A stretch of DNA of 64,000 bases from Candidatus Micrarchaeota archaeon (GTDB taxonomy: Archaea; Micrarchaeota; Micrarchaeia; Norongarragalinales; Norongarragalinaceae). Under the pieces are notes generated by a model. It saw only the letters and a list, made by a program, of their open reading frames with translations, did not search any database and was not told the origin of the DNA. The position numbers and the translations under genes are program-made. This document shows, one piece after another, positions 19,327-29,088 of this stretch. Position 1 is the stretch's first letter. Each line of letters begins with the position of its first letter. Location of the stretch: NCBI GenBank assembly GCA_016207165.1, contig JACQQD010000003.1:47343-111342 (forward strand). The letters are read 5' to 3'.

Positions 19327-20085
19327 ATGAGACGCCCTCCGCTTGCCCAACACTTTTTGTGGGATTCCCAAGTCACCCGCCGGGCGGCCAACGTCGTTTC
19401 CCTGAAAGGCCTCCGCGTGCTGGAAGTCGGCGCCGGCACCGGCGCGCTGACCGTTGAACTGGCCCGCCAGAAACCCGAGAAACTCGTCGCCGTGGAAACG
19501 GACGCCGAACTCATTGTGAAACTCAATGCGCGCGTGCGGGACTGGCCCAACGTCAGCGTCGTACACCACGACGTACGCCAAATGGATTTCTCGGGTTTTG
19601 ACCTGGTTGCCGGCAACATCCCCTTCTACCTGTCATCGGAACTCATTTTCAAGACGTTGGAAAGCGGGGCCGACGCCCTTTTTTTCCTTCAAAAAGAGTT
19701 TGCAGACCGTTTGGTGGCCCAACCCGGTTCATCGTCGTGGGGCCGGTTGAGCGTCAACGCGCAGAACCACGCCGACGTGCGCATCGCCTTGGACGTGCCG
19801 CGGTTTGCCTTCAGCCCGCCTCCCGCCGTAGACGCTTGCGTCGTGGTATTGAAACGCAAAGCCCCGGAGGCCATCGACGAAAAACTCGTCGAGGCGTTGT
19901 TCTCGCACAAGAACCAGAAAATCCAGAACGCGTTTGAGCACTCCGCGCGAAAACTCGGCCTGAAAAAAGACGAAGCCAAAACCATTTCCAGGGAAATGCC
20001 CTTCTCGCAGGAGCGCGTGCGCCGCCTCACGCTGTCCAACTGGCTGACGCTCTCGGATTTCCTGAAAAAGAAAAAAAAGGCGTAA
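19327..20085 (+). CDS. ksgA: 16S rRNA adenine dimethyltransferase
   Basis: QHFL, LEVGAGTG, GNIPF, QKEFADRL, FSPPP.VD. Confidence 0.92.
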   Translation: MRRPPLAQHFLWDSQVTRRAANVVSLKGLRVLEVGAGTGALTVELARQKPEKLVAVETDAELIVKLNARVRDWPNVSVVHHDVRQMDFSGFDLVAGNIPFYLSSELIFKTLESGADALFFLQKEFADRLVAQPGSSSWGRLSVNAQNHADVRIALDVPRFAFSPPPAVDACVVVLKRKAPEAIDEKLVEALFSHKNQKIQNAFEHSARKLGLKKDEAKTISREMPFSQERVRRLTLSNWLTLSDFLKKKKKA

Positions 20086-20090
20086 CCGCG

Positions 20091-21362
20091 TTACGCTTCC
20101 GAAAGTACGAGTTGGACTTTGTCCGACGGCCGCGTCAAATTGCCGGCGCGAATGCCGACCAGCGTGTGCACGCCTTTTTGCTCCGCCAAATCCAGCAACC
20201 GCTGGGTGACGATGCCGTCCAACACCACCGCATGCACGTTCTTGGCGTCGCTCAAACTCTTCATGATCTCGCGGATGGGCACTTCACGCATCGGCTTGAA
20301 GCCTGAATCCAAAAAGCGCGCCTTGAGCGAGCCCTCCAAGTCCTTCAACAGCCCTTTAAGCGACGGGTCTCCGGCGGCCTGGGGTTCGGCAACAGCGGCA
20401 GGCACGGGCCTTGGCAGCGGCTTTGGTTCCGACTCGCCTTCCGGCTCATTCATGGGAACCGGCTCGTCCGAGAACGGTTCGGCGAACTCTTTCTTCTCGT
20501 TGCGGCGGGACTCGCGGCGCGACTCCATCATGGAGTCATAGCCCTTGACTTGTTCCACCGGCACTTTGCGGCGCAGGGACTTGATAAGCTCCTTGCGCGA
20601 AAGCTCTTCGACTTCTTTGCCCGGCGGAGCGCGGGCCACGAAATCAATTTCCGTGGCCGCCAAAAGCTCCCGCAAAATGATGTCTCCCCCGCGGTCGCCG
20701 TCCAGAAACGCGGTGACTTCCTTTTGCTTGCAGAGCTCGATGATGGTGGGGTTGACTTTCGCGCCGCCTACGGCTACAACATTCTTGAAGTTGTTCTTCA
20801 ACATGTTGACCACGTCGGCGCGGCCCTCCACGACAATGATTTCCTCGGAGGAGGCCGCATCCGGTCCGGCGGCCAGCTTGTCGGCGCCCAACGCGACGAC
20901 TTCCGAGACTTTGACGTGGTCCCGCACCAGTTCCGCGAGCTGCTTGGATTCCGGCAATTCTTCCGTTACCAGGCTCTGAAGCAACGCTTTCGCCCGGTCC
21001 AAGACCATCTTGCGCTTCAAATTTCGTGAGTCCTCGATGCGGTGCACCTTGATGCGCGCCTCGCAGGGCCCCACGCGGTCCACGACTTCCAACGCACCCG
21101 CCAAAATGCTGGTGTCCACCATGTCTAGGCTGGAAGGAACCACGATGGTGCCGAAGCTCTTGCCGCCCCGCAACTGCAAGTCGACTTCAATTCTACCGAT
21201 TCGGCCGTTTTTCTGCAATTCACGCAAGTCCAGTTCGTCGCCCAGCAACCCCTCGGTCTGGCCGAAGACGGCGCCGACGATGTCCGGTTTTTCGACGATT
21301 CCGGAAATCTCAAAACTCGCCTTGATCAAGTACTTGACGGTATCCACGTATGTTTTTCCCAT
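20091..21362 (-). CDS. dnaG: Archaeal DnaG (exosome-associated primase-like)
   Basis: GAVFGQTEGLLG, VVEGRADV, DGDRGG; AAGGTGA SD. Confidence 0.95.
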   Translation of the reverse strand: MGKTYVDTVKYLIKASFEISGIVEKPDIVGAVFGQTEGLLGDELDLRELQKNGRIGRIEVDLQLRGGKSFGTIVVPSSLDMVDTSILAGALEVVDRVGPCEARIKVHRIEDSRNLKRKMVLDRAKALLQSLVTEELPESKQLAELVRDHVKVSEVVALGADKLAAGPDAASSEEIIVVEGRADVVNMLKNNFKNVVAVGGAKVNPTIIELCKQKEVTAFLDGDRGGDIILRELLAATEIDFVARAPPGKEVEELSRKELIKSLRRKVPVEQVKGYDSMMESRRESRRNEKKEFAEPFSDEPVPMNEPEGESEPKPLPRPVPAAVAEPQAAGDPSLKGLLKDLEGSLKARFLDSGFKPMREVPIREIMKSLSDAKNVHAVVLDGIVTQRLLDLAEQKGVHTLVGIRAGNLTRPSDKVQLVLSEA

Positions 21363-21367
21363 TGAGT

Positions 21368-21763
21368 TCACCTTACGTTTTTGGACGACAACTCGACGTA
21401 TCGGGCTGGCAAGTCCTCCACGGTCCGCACGCCGAACACGCGTTCAAAGCGGTTTCGGACGAGGGCCTGGGGGACGACGCCGTAAGCCAACAAAAATTCC
21501 GTGAAACGGTCCGTCAAGCGCCGTCCGTCCGCGTCAAAGTCGAACAACAACACCACGCCATGCTGACCGCACAGCGTCGCGTTTTTTTCGACGAAGCGCA
21601 ACGGCGGCCCGTGGGGAGTGAACACCAACGCATCCACGCCCAAGGCCTCCAACGCCTTTTTGTCGCGTTTTCCTTCCACGAGGACCACGCGGCCTTCCAA
21701 CAACTGGAGGGTCTTGTCCAGGACCGATTGCACGGTTTGGGCCTTCAAAGCCTGATTTTTCAA
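21368..21763 (-). CDS. Small TOPRIM-domain protein (start uncertain)
   Basis: VEGKRD..AL and DFDADG motifs. Confidence 0.82.
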   Translation of the reverse strand: MKNQALKAQTVQSVLDKTLQLLEGRVVLVEGKRDKKALEALGVDALVFTPHGPPLRFVEKNATLCGQHGVVLLFDFDADGRRLTDRFTEFLLAYGVVPQALVRNRFERVFGVRTVEDLPARYVELSSKNVR

Positions 21764-21776
21764 CCTCGAGTTCAGC

Positions 21777-22205
21777 CTATGCGCGAATGCGTTCGCGTTC
21801 GGCAATCAGGTCATACAAGGAGGGAGACAAATCCACGATGTCGCGTGCGGAAATGATGCCGGCCACTTCGTTGCCGTCCCTTCCGCCGAACACCACGAGT
21901 CTTTTCACGCGTTTTTGCCCCATCAACCGGGCGGCATCCGTCAAATCGGATTCCGGCCCAAGGCCAATCAACGGCTTGGACGCCACATCTTTTACGGCGG
22001 CGTCCAGTTTCTTCTTGGAGAGGACTTTTCGAACCAGGTCCTCGTCGGTGAGAAGGGCGTAGATTTTTCCGCGGGAATTGGTGACCACCAAGCACCCGAC
22101 GTCGTTTTTCGTCATGCGCTCGGCGGCCTCGAAGATCGAAGCGTCATCCGCAATGGTGACCAATTCGGTCTTCATGCAGTCTCCCACTTTAATGCCTGTA
22201 TCCAT
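21777..22205 (-). CDS. CBS-domain pair protein
   Basis: Two CBS repeats (VGDCM...VGCLVV; KRLVV...GIISARDI). Confidence 0.9.
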   Translation of the reverse strand: MDTGIKVGDCMKTELVTIADDASIFEAAERMTKNDVGCLVVTNSRGKIYALLTDEDLVRKVLSKKKLDAAVKDVASKPLIGLGPESDLTDAARLMGQKRVKRLVVFGGRDGNEVAGIISARDIVDLSPSLYDLIAERERIRA

Positions 22206-22296
22206 TCAACGCATCTAGTACTTGGATTTACTTAAATACGCATCGCTTGCCGGCGTTAACCAATTCGGCGAATGACGAACCTTTGCTGGAAATGCG

Positions 22297-23589
22297 TCAG
22301 GGATACGCCCGGTTCATGACCCGCGGAAACGCCGTGGCATCGCGGATGTGCTCCAAGCCGGCCACCCACTTGACCAAGCGCTCGACGCCCAAGCCAAAGC
22401 CGCTATGCTGGACGGAACCAAACCGCCGCAAATCCAAGTACCACGCGTAGTTCTCCAGTTTCTCGCCGGCTTTCTTGAGCTTCTTTTCAATGCGCTGGAG
22501 GTCAACCTCGCGTTCCGACCCGCCGATGATTTCGCCGCCGCCCGGAGCGATGAGGTCGTGGTTGTTGACAGTGCCGTCCGGGTTCTCCAACATGTAAAAC
22601 GGCTTCATGGACGAGGGAAAGTGCGTGACGAATACCGGCTGGTCCAAGCCCTCCGTCAAAGCCGCTTCCTCGTCCGCGCCAAAGTCGTCGCCCTCCTTGA
22701 ATTTGAAGCCCTTTTTTTGGAGGCGTTTGACAGCGTCCTGGTACGCAAGTTTTTCAAACGGCGCGCTGATTTTTTCCAAGTCTTGCGGGTTTCTTCCCAA
22801 AACGGCCAACTCTTTCTGGCATTGCCGCGCCACTTCATGACACACAAACGCCACCAGTTTCTCTTCAAAAGCCATGATTTCCTCGTGGGAACAATGCGCG
22901 GCCTCGCCCTCAAAGTGCCAGTATTCGGCGAGGTGTTTTGGGGTCCGGCTTTTCTCGGCGCGAAAAGAAGGCGTGATGGCGTAGACTTTCTCCAACGAAA
23001 AAATCAACGCTTCCAAGTGCAGTTGCGCGCTTTGGGATAGAAACGCTTTTTTCCCAAAATACGGGACTTCGAACAAAGTGGACCCGCCTTCCGCCGCGGA
23101 CGACGACAAGATGGGGGGCGTGGTTTCAATGTAGCCTTCTTTCTTGCAGTACTCTCGAATGGCTTCAAGCACAACGGCTTTGACTTTCATGGCCGCCGTC
23201 AATTCGCGCGAACGCAACCACAAATGCCTTACATCCAGTAAAAACTCGGTGGACTGGTCCTTGGAAATGGGGAAGACCTCGGAAAAGTGAAGCACGTGAA
23301 AATGGGACGCCTGAAGTTCAAATCCGCCTGGAGCGCGGGAATCTTTCTTGACGGTGCCTTCCACGATCACCGCGCTTTCAAGCAATGCTTTGGACGCATC
23401 CTCAAAGTGGTCGTCCTTGACAACTCCTTTCTTGACCGCACACTGGAGAATTCCGGTGGAGTCACGCACCACGACGAAATTGAGTTTGCCTTGACTGCGC
23501 GAGCGGTAAATCCAGCCCCGGATCTTCACGGCGCGGCCTTCGGGGACGTGGCCGTCAAGCACTTGTTCAATGGGGGTCACTTGAGTCAT
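22297..23589 (-). CDS. asnS: Asparagine--tRNA ligase
   Basis: OB fold, RHLWLRS, LSQSAQL, FRAEKSRT.KHL.EYW, HSGFGLGVER. Confidence 0.93.
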   Translation of the reverse strand: MTQVTPIEQVLDGHVPEGRAVKIRGWIYRSRSQGKLNFVVVRDSTGILQCAVKKGVVKDDHFEDASKALLESAVIVEGTVKKDSRAPGGFELQASHFHVLHFSEVFPISKDQSTEFLLDVRHLWLRSRELTAAMKVKAVVLEAIREYCKKEGYIETTPPILSSSAAEGGSTLFEVPYFGKKAFLSQSAQLHLEALIFSLEKVYAITPSFRAEKSRTPKHLAEYWHFEGEAAHCSHEEIMAFEEKLVAFVCHEVARQCQKELAVLGRNPQDLEKISAPFEKLAYQDAVKRLQKKGFKFKEGDDFGADEEAALTEGLDQPVFVTHFPSSMKPFYMLENPDGTVNNHDLIAPGGGEIIGGSEREVDLQRIEKKLKKAGEKLENYAWYLDLRRFGSVQHSGFGLGVERLVKWVAGLEHIRDATAFPRVMNRAYP

Positions 23590-23632
23590 TGAAAGAAAAG
23601 AGGGAGAAAAAAGAAGAAAAGGCTTCTGGAGG

Positions 23633-24085
23633 TCACCGCTTCTTGCGGGCGCGAAGGTACTGCTTGTTTTCCTGGCCGCGGGCAATGGGAGCTGGATCCA
23701 GTTTATAGTACACCCAGGCCGCCGCGGCGGTGCCGACGATGCTGAAAGGCACTTGAACCAAGGGCACCACGTCCGGCAGGTTGTAGAAAAGCCACGCAAT
23801 CACGTCGGGAATGGCTAACAAAATGCCGAACTGAATGCCGTGCTTGAGGGGTTGCACGTTCTGGCCGCGGCCCAGCTTCTCCAAAAACTCGCACATGATG
23901 TAGATGCCAGCCAAAAGCAACACCAAGAACCCGGCCATGGGAACCAACGGATCACCGGCGCGAACAACGCCTTGGGCCTGAAGCTGGAGCCACGTTGGCA
24001 TCAAAATCACGCTGTTTCCAATGTTCAAAATCACAACCGCTGCAATCCACGCGCCCAAAACGCCTTTCCAAAACCGAAGATTCAT
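23633..24085 (-). CDS. Four-TM membrane protein
   Basis: Four hydrophobic segments. Confidence 0.7.
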   Translation of the reverse strand: MNLRFWKGVLGAWIAAVVILNIGNSVILMPTWLQLQAQGVVRAGDPLVPMAGFLVLLLAGIYIMCEFLEKLGRGQNVQPLKHGIQFGILLAIPDVIAWLFYNLPDVVPLVQVPFSIVGTAAAAWVYYKLDPAPIARGQENKQYLRARKKR

Positions 24086-24181
24086 GAGATAAACCACCTG
24101 CTAACCACGAAGGCGGCCCAGAATAAAAACAACGAGGAAGCAGTCACCTCCGGCACTTCTTTAAAACCAAGAAGCGTAAGA

Positions 24182-24502
24182 ATGCATTCGAGGAAAAAAC
24201 CCAGCATGGAAGTCAACCCGGAAGCCATCCAGGAGGCCCTCGCCCGCAAACAGCACGCCCTGGGTCAGGCGGAAGTCAGGCCAGAAGCGCAAACCGACGG
24301 AAGGAAAGCGTGGACGATTCACTTCCCCAAAGCGCCGCGGCGCCTTACGCCGGAAGAAAAGCAAAGGGAGTTGATTGCGCTAAAAGCGCACTTGGCTCAA
24401 GCGCTCTCCGTGGGATTTGAAAACGCAAACCTCGACATTCGACGCACACACGAACCACCTGGCCTCTTCGTTCGCCTCGCCCCCCGCTATGAACCACTCT
24501 GA
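24182..24502 (+). CDS. Hypothetical orphan protein
   Basis: ATG about 20 nt after TTTAAAA; 106 aa; no motif. Confidence 0.55.
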   Translation: MHSRKKPSMEVNPEAIQEALARKQHALGQAEVRPEAQTDGRKAWTIHFPKAPRRLTPEEKQRELIALKAHLAQALSVGFENANLDIRRTHEPPGLFVRLAPRYEPL

Positions 24503-24554
24503 ACGGCTTGCGCAATCGGGGGAATTATTAACCTCGGCGGAAGAAAAAAACGTC

Positions 24555-24899
24555 ATGGCCTACAAACAAGCGCTGATCGTCCGAACCGATTTGGGCATGG
24601 GCAAAGGCAAAATCGCGGCGCAATGCGCGCACGGCTCCATTTCCGCGTACCTCAAGGCCGATTCGGAAAGCCGGGCCGCGTGGGTAAATTCCGGCATGGA
24701 AAAAGTCGTCCTGAAAGTCCAATCCGAGAAAGAACTAGCCACCCTCTTCCAAAAAGCAAAAAAAGCGGGGCTCCCGGCGGCGATCATCACGGACGCGGGC
24801 CACACCCAAATCGCTCCTGGAACGAAAACCGTGGTAGGCATTGGGCCGGCGGAAGAAGACGAGTTGGACGCCTTGACGGGCGACTTGAAACTGCTTTAG
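24555..24899 (+). CDS. pth2: Peptidyl-tRNA hydrolase Pth2
   Basis: MGKGKIAAQCAH, KVVLK, DAGHTQ, GIGP, LKLL. Confidence 0.95.
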   Translation: MAYKQALIVRTDLGMGKGKIAAQCAHGSISAYLKADSESRAAWVNSGMEKVVLKVQSEKELATLFQKAKKAGLPAAIITDAGHTQIAPGTKTVVGIGPAEEDELDALTGDLKLL

Positions 24900-25279
24900 C
24901 CGACGATGTTCTCAAACGTCAAGCCGATGGGCAACTCCTTTTCCGACAAGCTGTACCCTGAACCCGTTTCCTTCAACAACGCCAACGGGAAAAACCGCCA
25001 GTCCGTGTGGGGAAATTTCCAAGCCACGTATATGGGAAGGCCCGTGCGCTGTTCCCACTCCCGGTACAAAACGATTTTGGGTTTTTCAAAATGAAGCGAA
25101 TTTTTCCACGCCTTGCACTCCAACGCGAACTTCTTCGTCGTCTTCAAGACAATCAAATCCGGTGACACGCCATCCGAGCCCGACCCCGACGCCCGCGTGA
25201 CGAAAAAACCCTTCTCTTCCAGCATTTTTTTGAGCTGGCGTTCGTACAGGGTGCCTTTGGCTTTGCGGGAATTCGTCAC
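24896..25279 (-). CDS. hjc: Holliday junction resolvase
   Basis: KG..YER.L, RASGSG, PDLI, ECK motifs. Confidence 0.88.
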   Translation of the reverse strand: MTNSRKAKGTLYERQLKKMLEEKGFFVTRASGSGSDGVSPDLIVLKTTKKFALECKAWKNSLHFEKPKIVLYREWEQRTGLPIYVAWKFPHTDWRFFPLALLKETGSGYSLSEKELPIGLTFENIVG

Positions 25280-25341
25280 GAGTCAGTACAGCTCCAAGGG
25301 AAAGAAAAAAGAAATCAAAAAGATAAAGACCGGCACTTCCA

Positions 25342-25767
25342 CTAAGCCGGCGCAATGGTCCGCAGTGCGGGCTTCTTGGAAGGAAAGTCAGAAGCGTTGA
25401 CCACGACGTCTTCTGCGCTCGCCAACTCCATTAGGATACGACCGGGCCCGGCCACGCATAGTTCCATCTTGTCCCCGATGCGGGCTCCGACCGCCTCAAG
25501 AAGTTCGGCGGGCAAGTAAACGACGGGTTTCTTTCCTGCAGCCGAACTAATTTTGCGGGTCAAACGAATGGGCGGAGCCAAGGAATAGATGATCTTCTCA
25601 AGGGCCCTAGCCTGCGGGGAGGTGAACGCTTCCAAACCGCATTGCGGGCACCGGAGGCCTTCTGCATCCTTGACGATGACACCCCGGGCCTCGTAGTCCA
25701 TACGGACAACGTCCATGGGCACGTGACATTTGTAACAGCGAATCTTTCCTTGGTCCATGGCGTTCAT
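25342..25767 (-). CDS. YgiT/MqsA-type Zn finger fused to AbrB/MazE-like domain (putative antitoxin)
   Basis: CYKC...CPQCG then RKISSAAGKKPVVYLP..LLE..G...GD. Confidence 0.75.
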   Translation of the reverse strand: MNAMDQGKIRCYKCHVPMDVVRMDYEARGVIVKDAEGLRCPQCGLEAFTSPQARALEKIIYSLAPPIRLTRKISSAAGKKPVVYLPAELLEAVGARIGDKMELCVAGPGRILMELASAEDVVVNASDFPSKKPALRTIAPA

Positions 25768-25987
25768 CCTCGCTTCCTCAGGACGGTTACGACCCACACG
25801 CCCAGTTCGTCCTGTGGCGGCAGACGGCGAAAAGCACCGCGTTCTTGATTCGGCACGCGATTTTGAACTTGTTTTTTCCCTCGGGAATTCGGGTGCCGCA
25901 AGACAAGGCCTATTCGACCTGCTCTTGATTGAGGCCCATGTAAAAGAGCTTGTCGCTGGCGTGCCGCGTCCAAATGAAATGTTCCAC
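25764..25987 (-). pseudogene. Disrupted DUF4258-like toxin gene
   Basis: Reconstructed MEHFIWTRHASDKLFYMGLNQEQVE*ALSCG...VLFAVCRH/QDELGVWVVTVLRKRG; in-frame TAG at 25910-25912 and a frameshift near 25812; ATGA overlap with the antitoxin. Confidence 0.65.
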
Positions 25988-26005
25988 AAGAATGCACCGC
26001 AACCA

Positions 26006-26026
26006 TGTACGTACAATATACGTACA
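26006..26026. promoter_or_regulatory. Inverted-repeat operator of the TA pair
   Basis: TGTACGTA-CAATA-TACGTACA, a perfect 8-bp inverted repeat beside the TTTAT box. Confidence 0.6.
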
Positions 26027-26053
26027 AAAATAAAAAGGTGGGGGGAGTCCCAT

Positions 26054-26350
26054 CTATGCCGTAGCCAGGGCCGCCTGCGGGTTGCGGGTCTTCCACGCGG
26101 AAAGCCGTCGCTGCGTATCCAACTCCAACGCCTCGGACGCGTACCGCTGCAGGATGGCGGAGACCGCCAAGGCGTTTTCGGGATTCATGGACACGGAGCC
26201 CTTGTCCGAGTCGGTGATGCGCACCGAAACGCTGGACGGCAGGGCTTTGCCGTCCTTTTCTTTTCCTTCCCAAAAGCTCACGTCCAGTTTCGCGTCCGTG
26301 TACGCGAAACGGAATTGGTGGGCCTTGATGGGCCGGTTTTGTTCACTCAT
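26054..26350 (-). CDS. Hypothetical protein (possible PC4/Whirly-like fold)
   Basis: GGTGA SD; beta-strand pattern followed by a helix. Confidence 0.7.
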   Translation of the reverse strand: MSEQNRPIKAHQFRFAYTDAKLDVSFWEGKEKDGKALPSSVSVRITDSDKGSVSMNPENALAVSAILQRYASEALELDTQRRLSAWKTRNPQAALATA

Positions 26351-26468
26351 TTTTCTTCACCCAACCTGCGTTCCAACCAATCCCTCCCAGCCCACGTTTA
26401 AAAACCTGGGGAGGGGTCCTGGCCGGTGAAACGCTTTAAACTCCGGCCACCACACCAACGAACACCCA

Positions 26469-27653
26469 ATGGCTCAACTATGGACGGAAAAGCACGCGCC
26501 CAAGAAATTAGACGAAGTCTATGGCAACCGGGAAAGCATCGACTTCATCCGCAAGTGGGCGCTGAACTGGCAACGGGGCCAGCCCCAACAACCCCTGCTT
26601 CTGTTCGGTCCCCCCGGCACCGGCAAAACCGCCACTGCCAAGGCCTTGGCATTGGAAATGGGTTGGAGCCTCTGGGAATCCAATGCCTCCAGCCTACGGG
26701 ACGCCAAATCCGTGCAACGCGTCATACAGCCCGCCATGCAGCAAGGCACGCTTTTTGGGGAAAGGCGGTTGGTCTTGTTGGATGAAATCGACGGCGCGTT
26801 TGACCGCGGCGAAGTGCCGGCCCTTCTTGAAGCCGTGGCCAAAGCCAACCAGCCCCTGGTCTTGACTGCCGACGACGTGTGGAACCCCAAACTCTCCGGT
26901 CTGCGGGCGTCATGCAGCAAAGTCGAGTTCAAAAAAATCGGGAAAATCGACGTGAAAAAGGTGCTCCAAAGCATCGCGGAGGCCGAATCCATCCAAGCCG
27001 ACGTGGCCGCCATTGCCGAGAACGCGCAAGGCGACCTGCGTGCCGCAGTCATCGACCTGCAAAGCGGGTCCCAAAGTCCTCGGCTCAAGAAGAAAAACGT
27101 GTTTGAAGCGGTACGCCGCGTGTTCAAGGCCACCTCCTTTCAAGACGCCATGGACGCCGGAGAGGAAGCCGACGTGGACTTTGACTTGTTTTCGCGGTGG
27201 ATTGAAGAAAATATTCCCGTGGAATACACGGATGCAAAAGACAACGCCAGGGCCTTGGACGCGTTAAGCAAAGCCGACGTGTTCGCGGGCCGAATCAGAA
27301 AACGCCAGTACTGGGCGCTCTACAAGTTCCAGCGGGCATTTACCCTAGCCGCCGTGGCCGCCGCCAAGCAAAAACCCTACCACCAGTTCACGGCGTACAA
27401 GTTCCCCTCCTACATCCGGTACCTCGGCCAGACCCGCAAAAGCCGGGCCGCGCTCAAAAGCGCGACGCAGAAAGCCGGAAGCCTCCTTCACTGCTCCAGC
27501 CGGAAAGTCAAACAAGACGTGGCCTACTACAAAAAAGCCGGCGGATTCTTTGGATGGGACGACGACGAAAAGTCAGCGGTGGGCGCCCAAGACCTTGTAC
27601 CCCACCACGGCCGCGGCAAACGCCAGAAGAACCCAAAGAATGAAACTGGATGA
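26469..27653 (+). CDS. rfcL: Replication factor C large subunit
   Basis: [34 protein letters not shown]. Confidence 0.92.
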   Translation: MAQLWTEKHAPKKLDEVYGNRESIDFIRKWALNWQRGQPQQPLLLFGPPGTGKTATAKALALEMGWSLWESNASSLRDAKSVQRVIQPAMQQGTLFGERRLVLLDEIDGAFDRGEVPALLEAVAKANQPLVLTADDVWNPKLSGLRASCSKVEFKKIGKIDVKKVLQSIAEAESIQADVAAIAENAQGDLRAAVIDLQSGSQSPRLKKKNVFEAVRRVFKATSFQDAMDAGEEADVDFDLFSRWIEENIPVEYTDAKDNARALDALSKADVFAGRIRKRQYWALYKFQRAFTLAAVAAAKQKPYHQFTAYKFPSYIRYLGQTRKSRAALKSATQKAGSLLHCSSRKVKQDVAYYKKAGGFFGWDDDEKSAVGAQDLVPHHGRGKRQKNPKNETG

Positions 27654-28295
27654 CAAGACGCGGAACCACTCCACGAAGAACGCTTGTACTTCTTGGCCCA
27701 AAGTGATTTCCCGCTCAAAGGAAACGTCCCACGTGCCCGACGCAGGCCCCACCCAACGGATCAAGCGCTCGTCCGTGAACACGTTGACTCCGGCTTCCGG
27801 CGACACGGCCACGCGCAAGGCGTCCGGCGGCAGGCGCATGACCAACGCCATGTTGTTGCCCAACGTGACTTCACCAGGCTGGCCCAACGCGATTTTTTCC
27901 ATGTCCACGCCGTACACCGTCTTTCGGCTGGACACCGGAGTCAACAGCGTCAGGTTGGCCACGTCGTACTCCAACGTCACGGACGCCGCCGTAAAACCGG
28001 TCGGAAACTCGCGGGCGGCCACGATGCGCAAATTAAACGACGAACCCGTAGTGTGGTAACGGATGTTGCGCGAAAACTTCTGCCAATCCGCCAACGTCGT
28101 TTTGCCTTCTTTCAACACGAACTCGAACGCCTGAATTTCGCTGTCGCTATCCAAGTTCAAAAGCGATTTCTCAATCACGTGCGCGCTGCCGTCCTCCTTG
28201 AACTGGACGTCCATGGTAAAGCCGCGGTCCGTGTACGCGGAAATGGTGGAGGCGAGAACCAAAACCGCCAACACGAAAACAAGGCAACGACCCAT
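27573..28295 (-). CDS. Exported protein with C-terminal TM anchor
   Basis: Signal peptide, beta-rich body, C-terminal hydrophobic helix. Confidence 0.72.
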   Translation of the reverse strand: MGRCLVFVLAVLVLASTISAYTDRGFTMDVQFKEDGSAHVIEKSLLNLDSDSEIQAFEFVLKEGKTTLADWQKFSRNIRYHTTGSSFNLRIVAAREFPTGFTAASVTLEYDVANLTLLTPVSSRKTVYGVDMEKIALGQPGEVTLGNNMALVMRLPPDALRVAVSPEAGVNVFTDERLIRWVGPASGTWDVSFEREITLGQEVQAFFVEWFRVLSSSFILWVLLAFAAAVVGYKVLGAHR

Positions 28296-28337
28296 AGACA
28301 ACCAATAAGCTGGACGGGAAAATAAAAGGGTTGGCGC

Positions 28338-28664
28338 CTAGGACGCCGGACACGACGCCACGGCAAACACCGTTCCTAAGCCGTCTTCTTGCCAGACGGT
28401 CTTTGGGTACGCCACCCGCGTGGGGAAAAGACAGTCCTGCCACGCTTTTTTGGAAAAAGCCACGCAACACCCCGTTTTCGTTGACCAAAACGATTCCAAC
28501 CGCCCTTTTTCCACCGGGTCCGTCCACGCCGATTCGGGAGAGTGCCAAACCTCCTCCGCCGCCCACGCCGCCCGAATGCAATACAAAGGCACCGGCTGGA
28601 CGTGAACCAATCCCGTCCACTGCACCCAGAAGAAAAGCGTTAAAGCGGCTTCCAACGCCAACAC
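28338..28664 (-). CDS. Pilin-like small protein
   Basis: MLALEAALTLFFW hydrophobic N-terminus; lies in the pilin cluster. Confidence 0.5.
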   Translation of the reverse strand: MLALEAALTLFFWVQWTGLVHVQPVPLYCIRAAWAAEEVWHSPESAWTDPVEKGRLESFWSTKTGCCVAFSKKAWQDCLFPTRVAYPKTVWQEDGLGTVFAVASCPAS

Positions 28665-28667
28665 AGC

Positions 28668-28829
28668 CTAACCCCCCAAAACCGGGTGGGCCAACTCAAG
28701 CCACCTTGCTTGCAACGCCACCGCATCCACGTGCCAAACCACGTAACCGTGGAAAACAGTGACCCAGGAAAACGTGGCCGCCACCAAAAACAGAAACAGC
28801 GCCGCGGCCAACAGCACGTCAGCCTCCAC
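28668..28829 (-). CDS. Very small pilin-like protein (53 aa, absent from the ORF track)
   Basis: MEADVLLAAALFLFLVAATFSW...; tiles between its neighbours. Confidence 0.5.
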   Translation of the reverse strand: MEADVLLAAALFLFLVAATFSWVTVFHGYVVWHVDAVALQARWLELAHPVLGG

Positions 28830-29088
28830 GGCCGACCACCAAACCGTCGGACCACCGCACCTCCAGTCCGCAGGACGCGTTCATGCGTTCAGGCGAGAAA
28901 AAAAGCAGCGTGGTCCCCGAATTGGAAACGTCTTTGGCAAACAAGCAAAACCACGCCGCCCGACTTTCTTGGAGGTGGCCCTGAAAAGCGGCATCCAAGG
29001 AAGCCAGCCACGCACGTTGACCTATAAGCAGTGCGGCCACCAACACCAAGAAAGCGGCGAATGCCGCCATGAAGGAAAGCGCGTTCAA
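28819..29088 (-). CDS. Pilin-like small protein
   Basis: Hydrophobic N-terminus; 4-nt overlap with the upstream ORF. Confidence 0.55.
   Translation of the reverse strand: MNALSFMAAFAAFLVLVAALLIGQRAWLASLDAAFQGHLQESRAAWFCLFAKDVSNSGTTLLFFSPERMNASCGLEVRWSDGLVVGRGG

Noticed and set aside
9589-28670. Possible amber (TAG) recoding, suggested by in-frame TAGs at the CGL/cysS junction, after TBP, in the DUF4258 toxin and between pilins
   Set aside because: rpl11, pth2, the CBS-domain gene, sufB and kaiC2 end in TAG at their expected C-termini, and long conserved genes have no internal TAG
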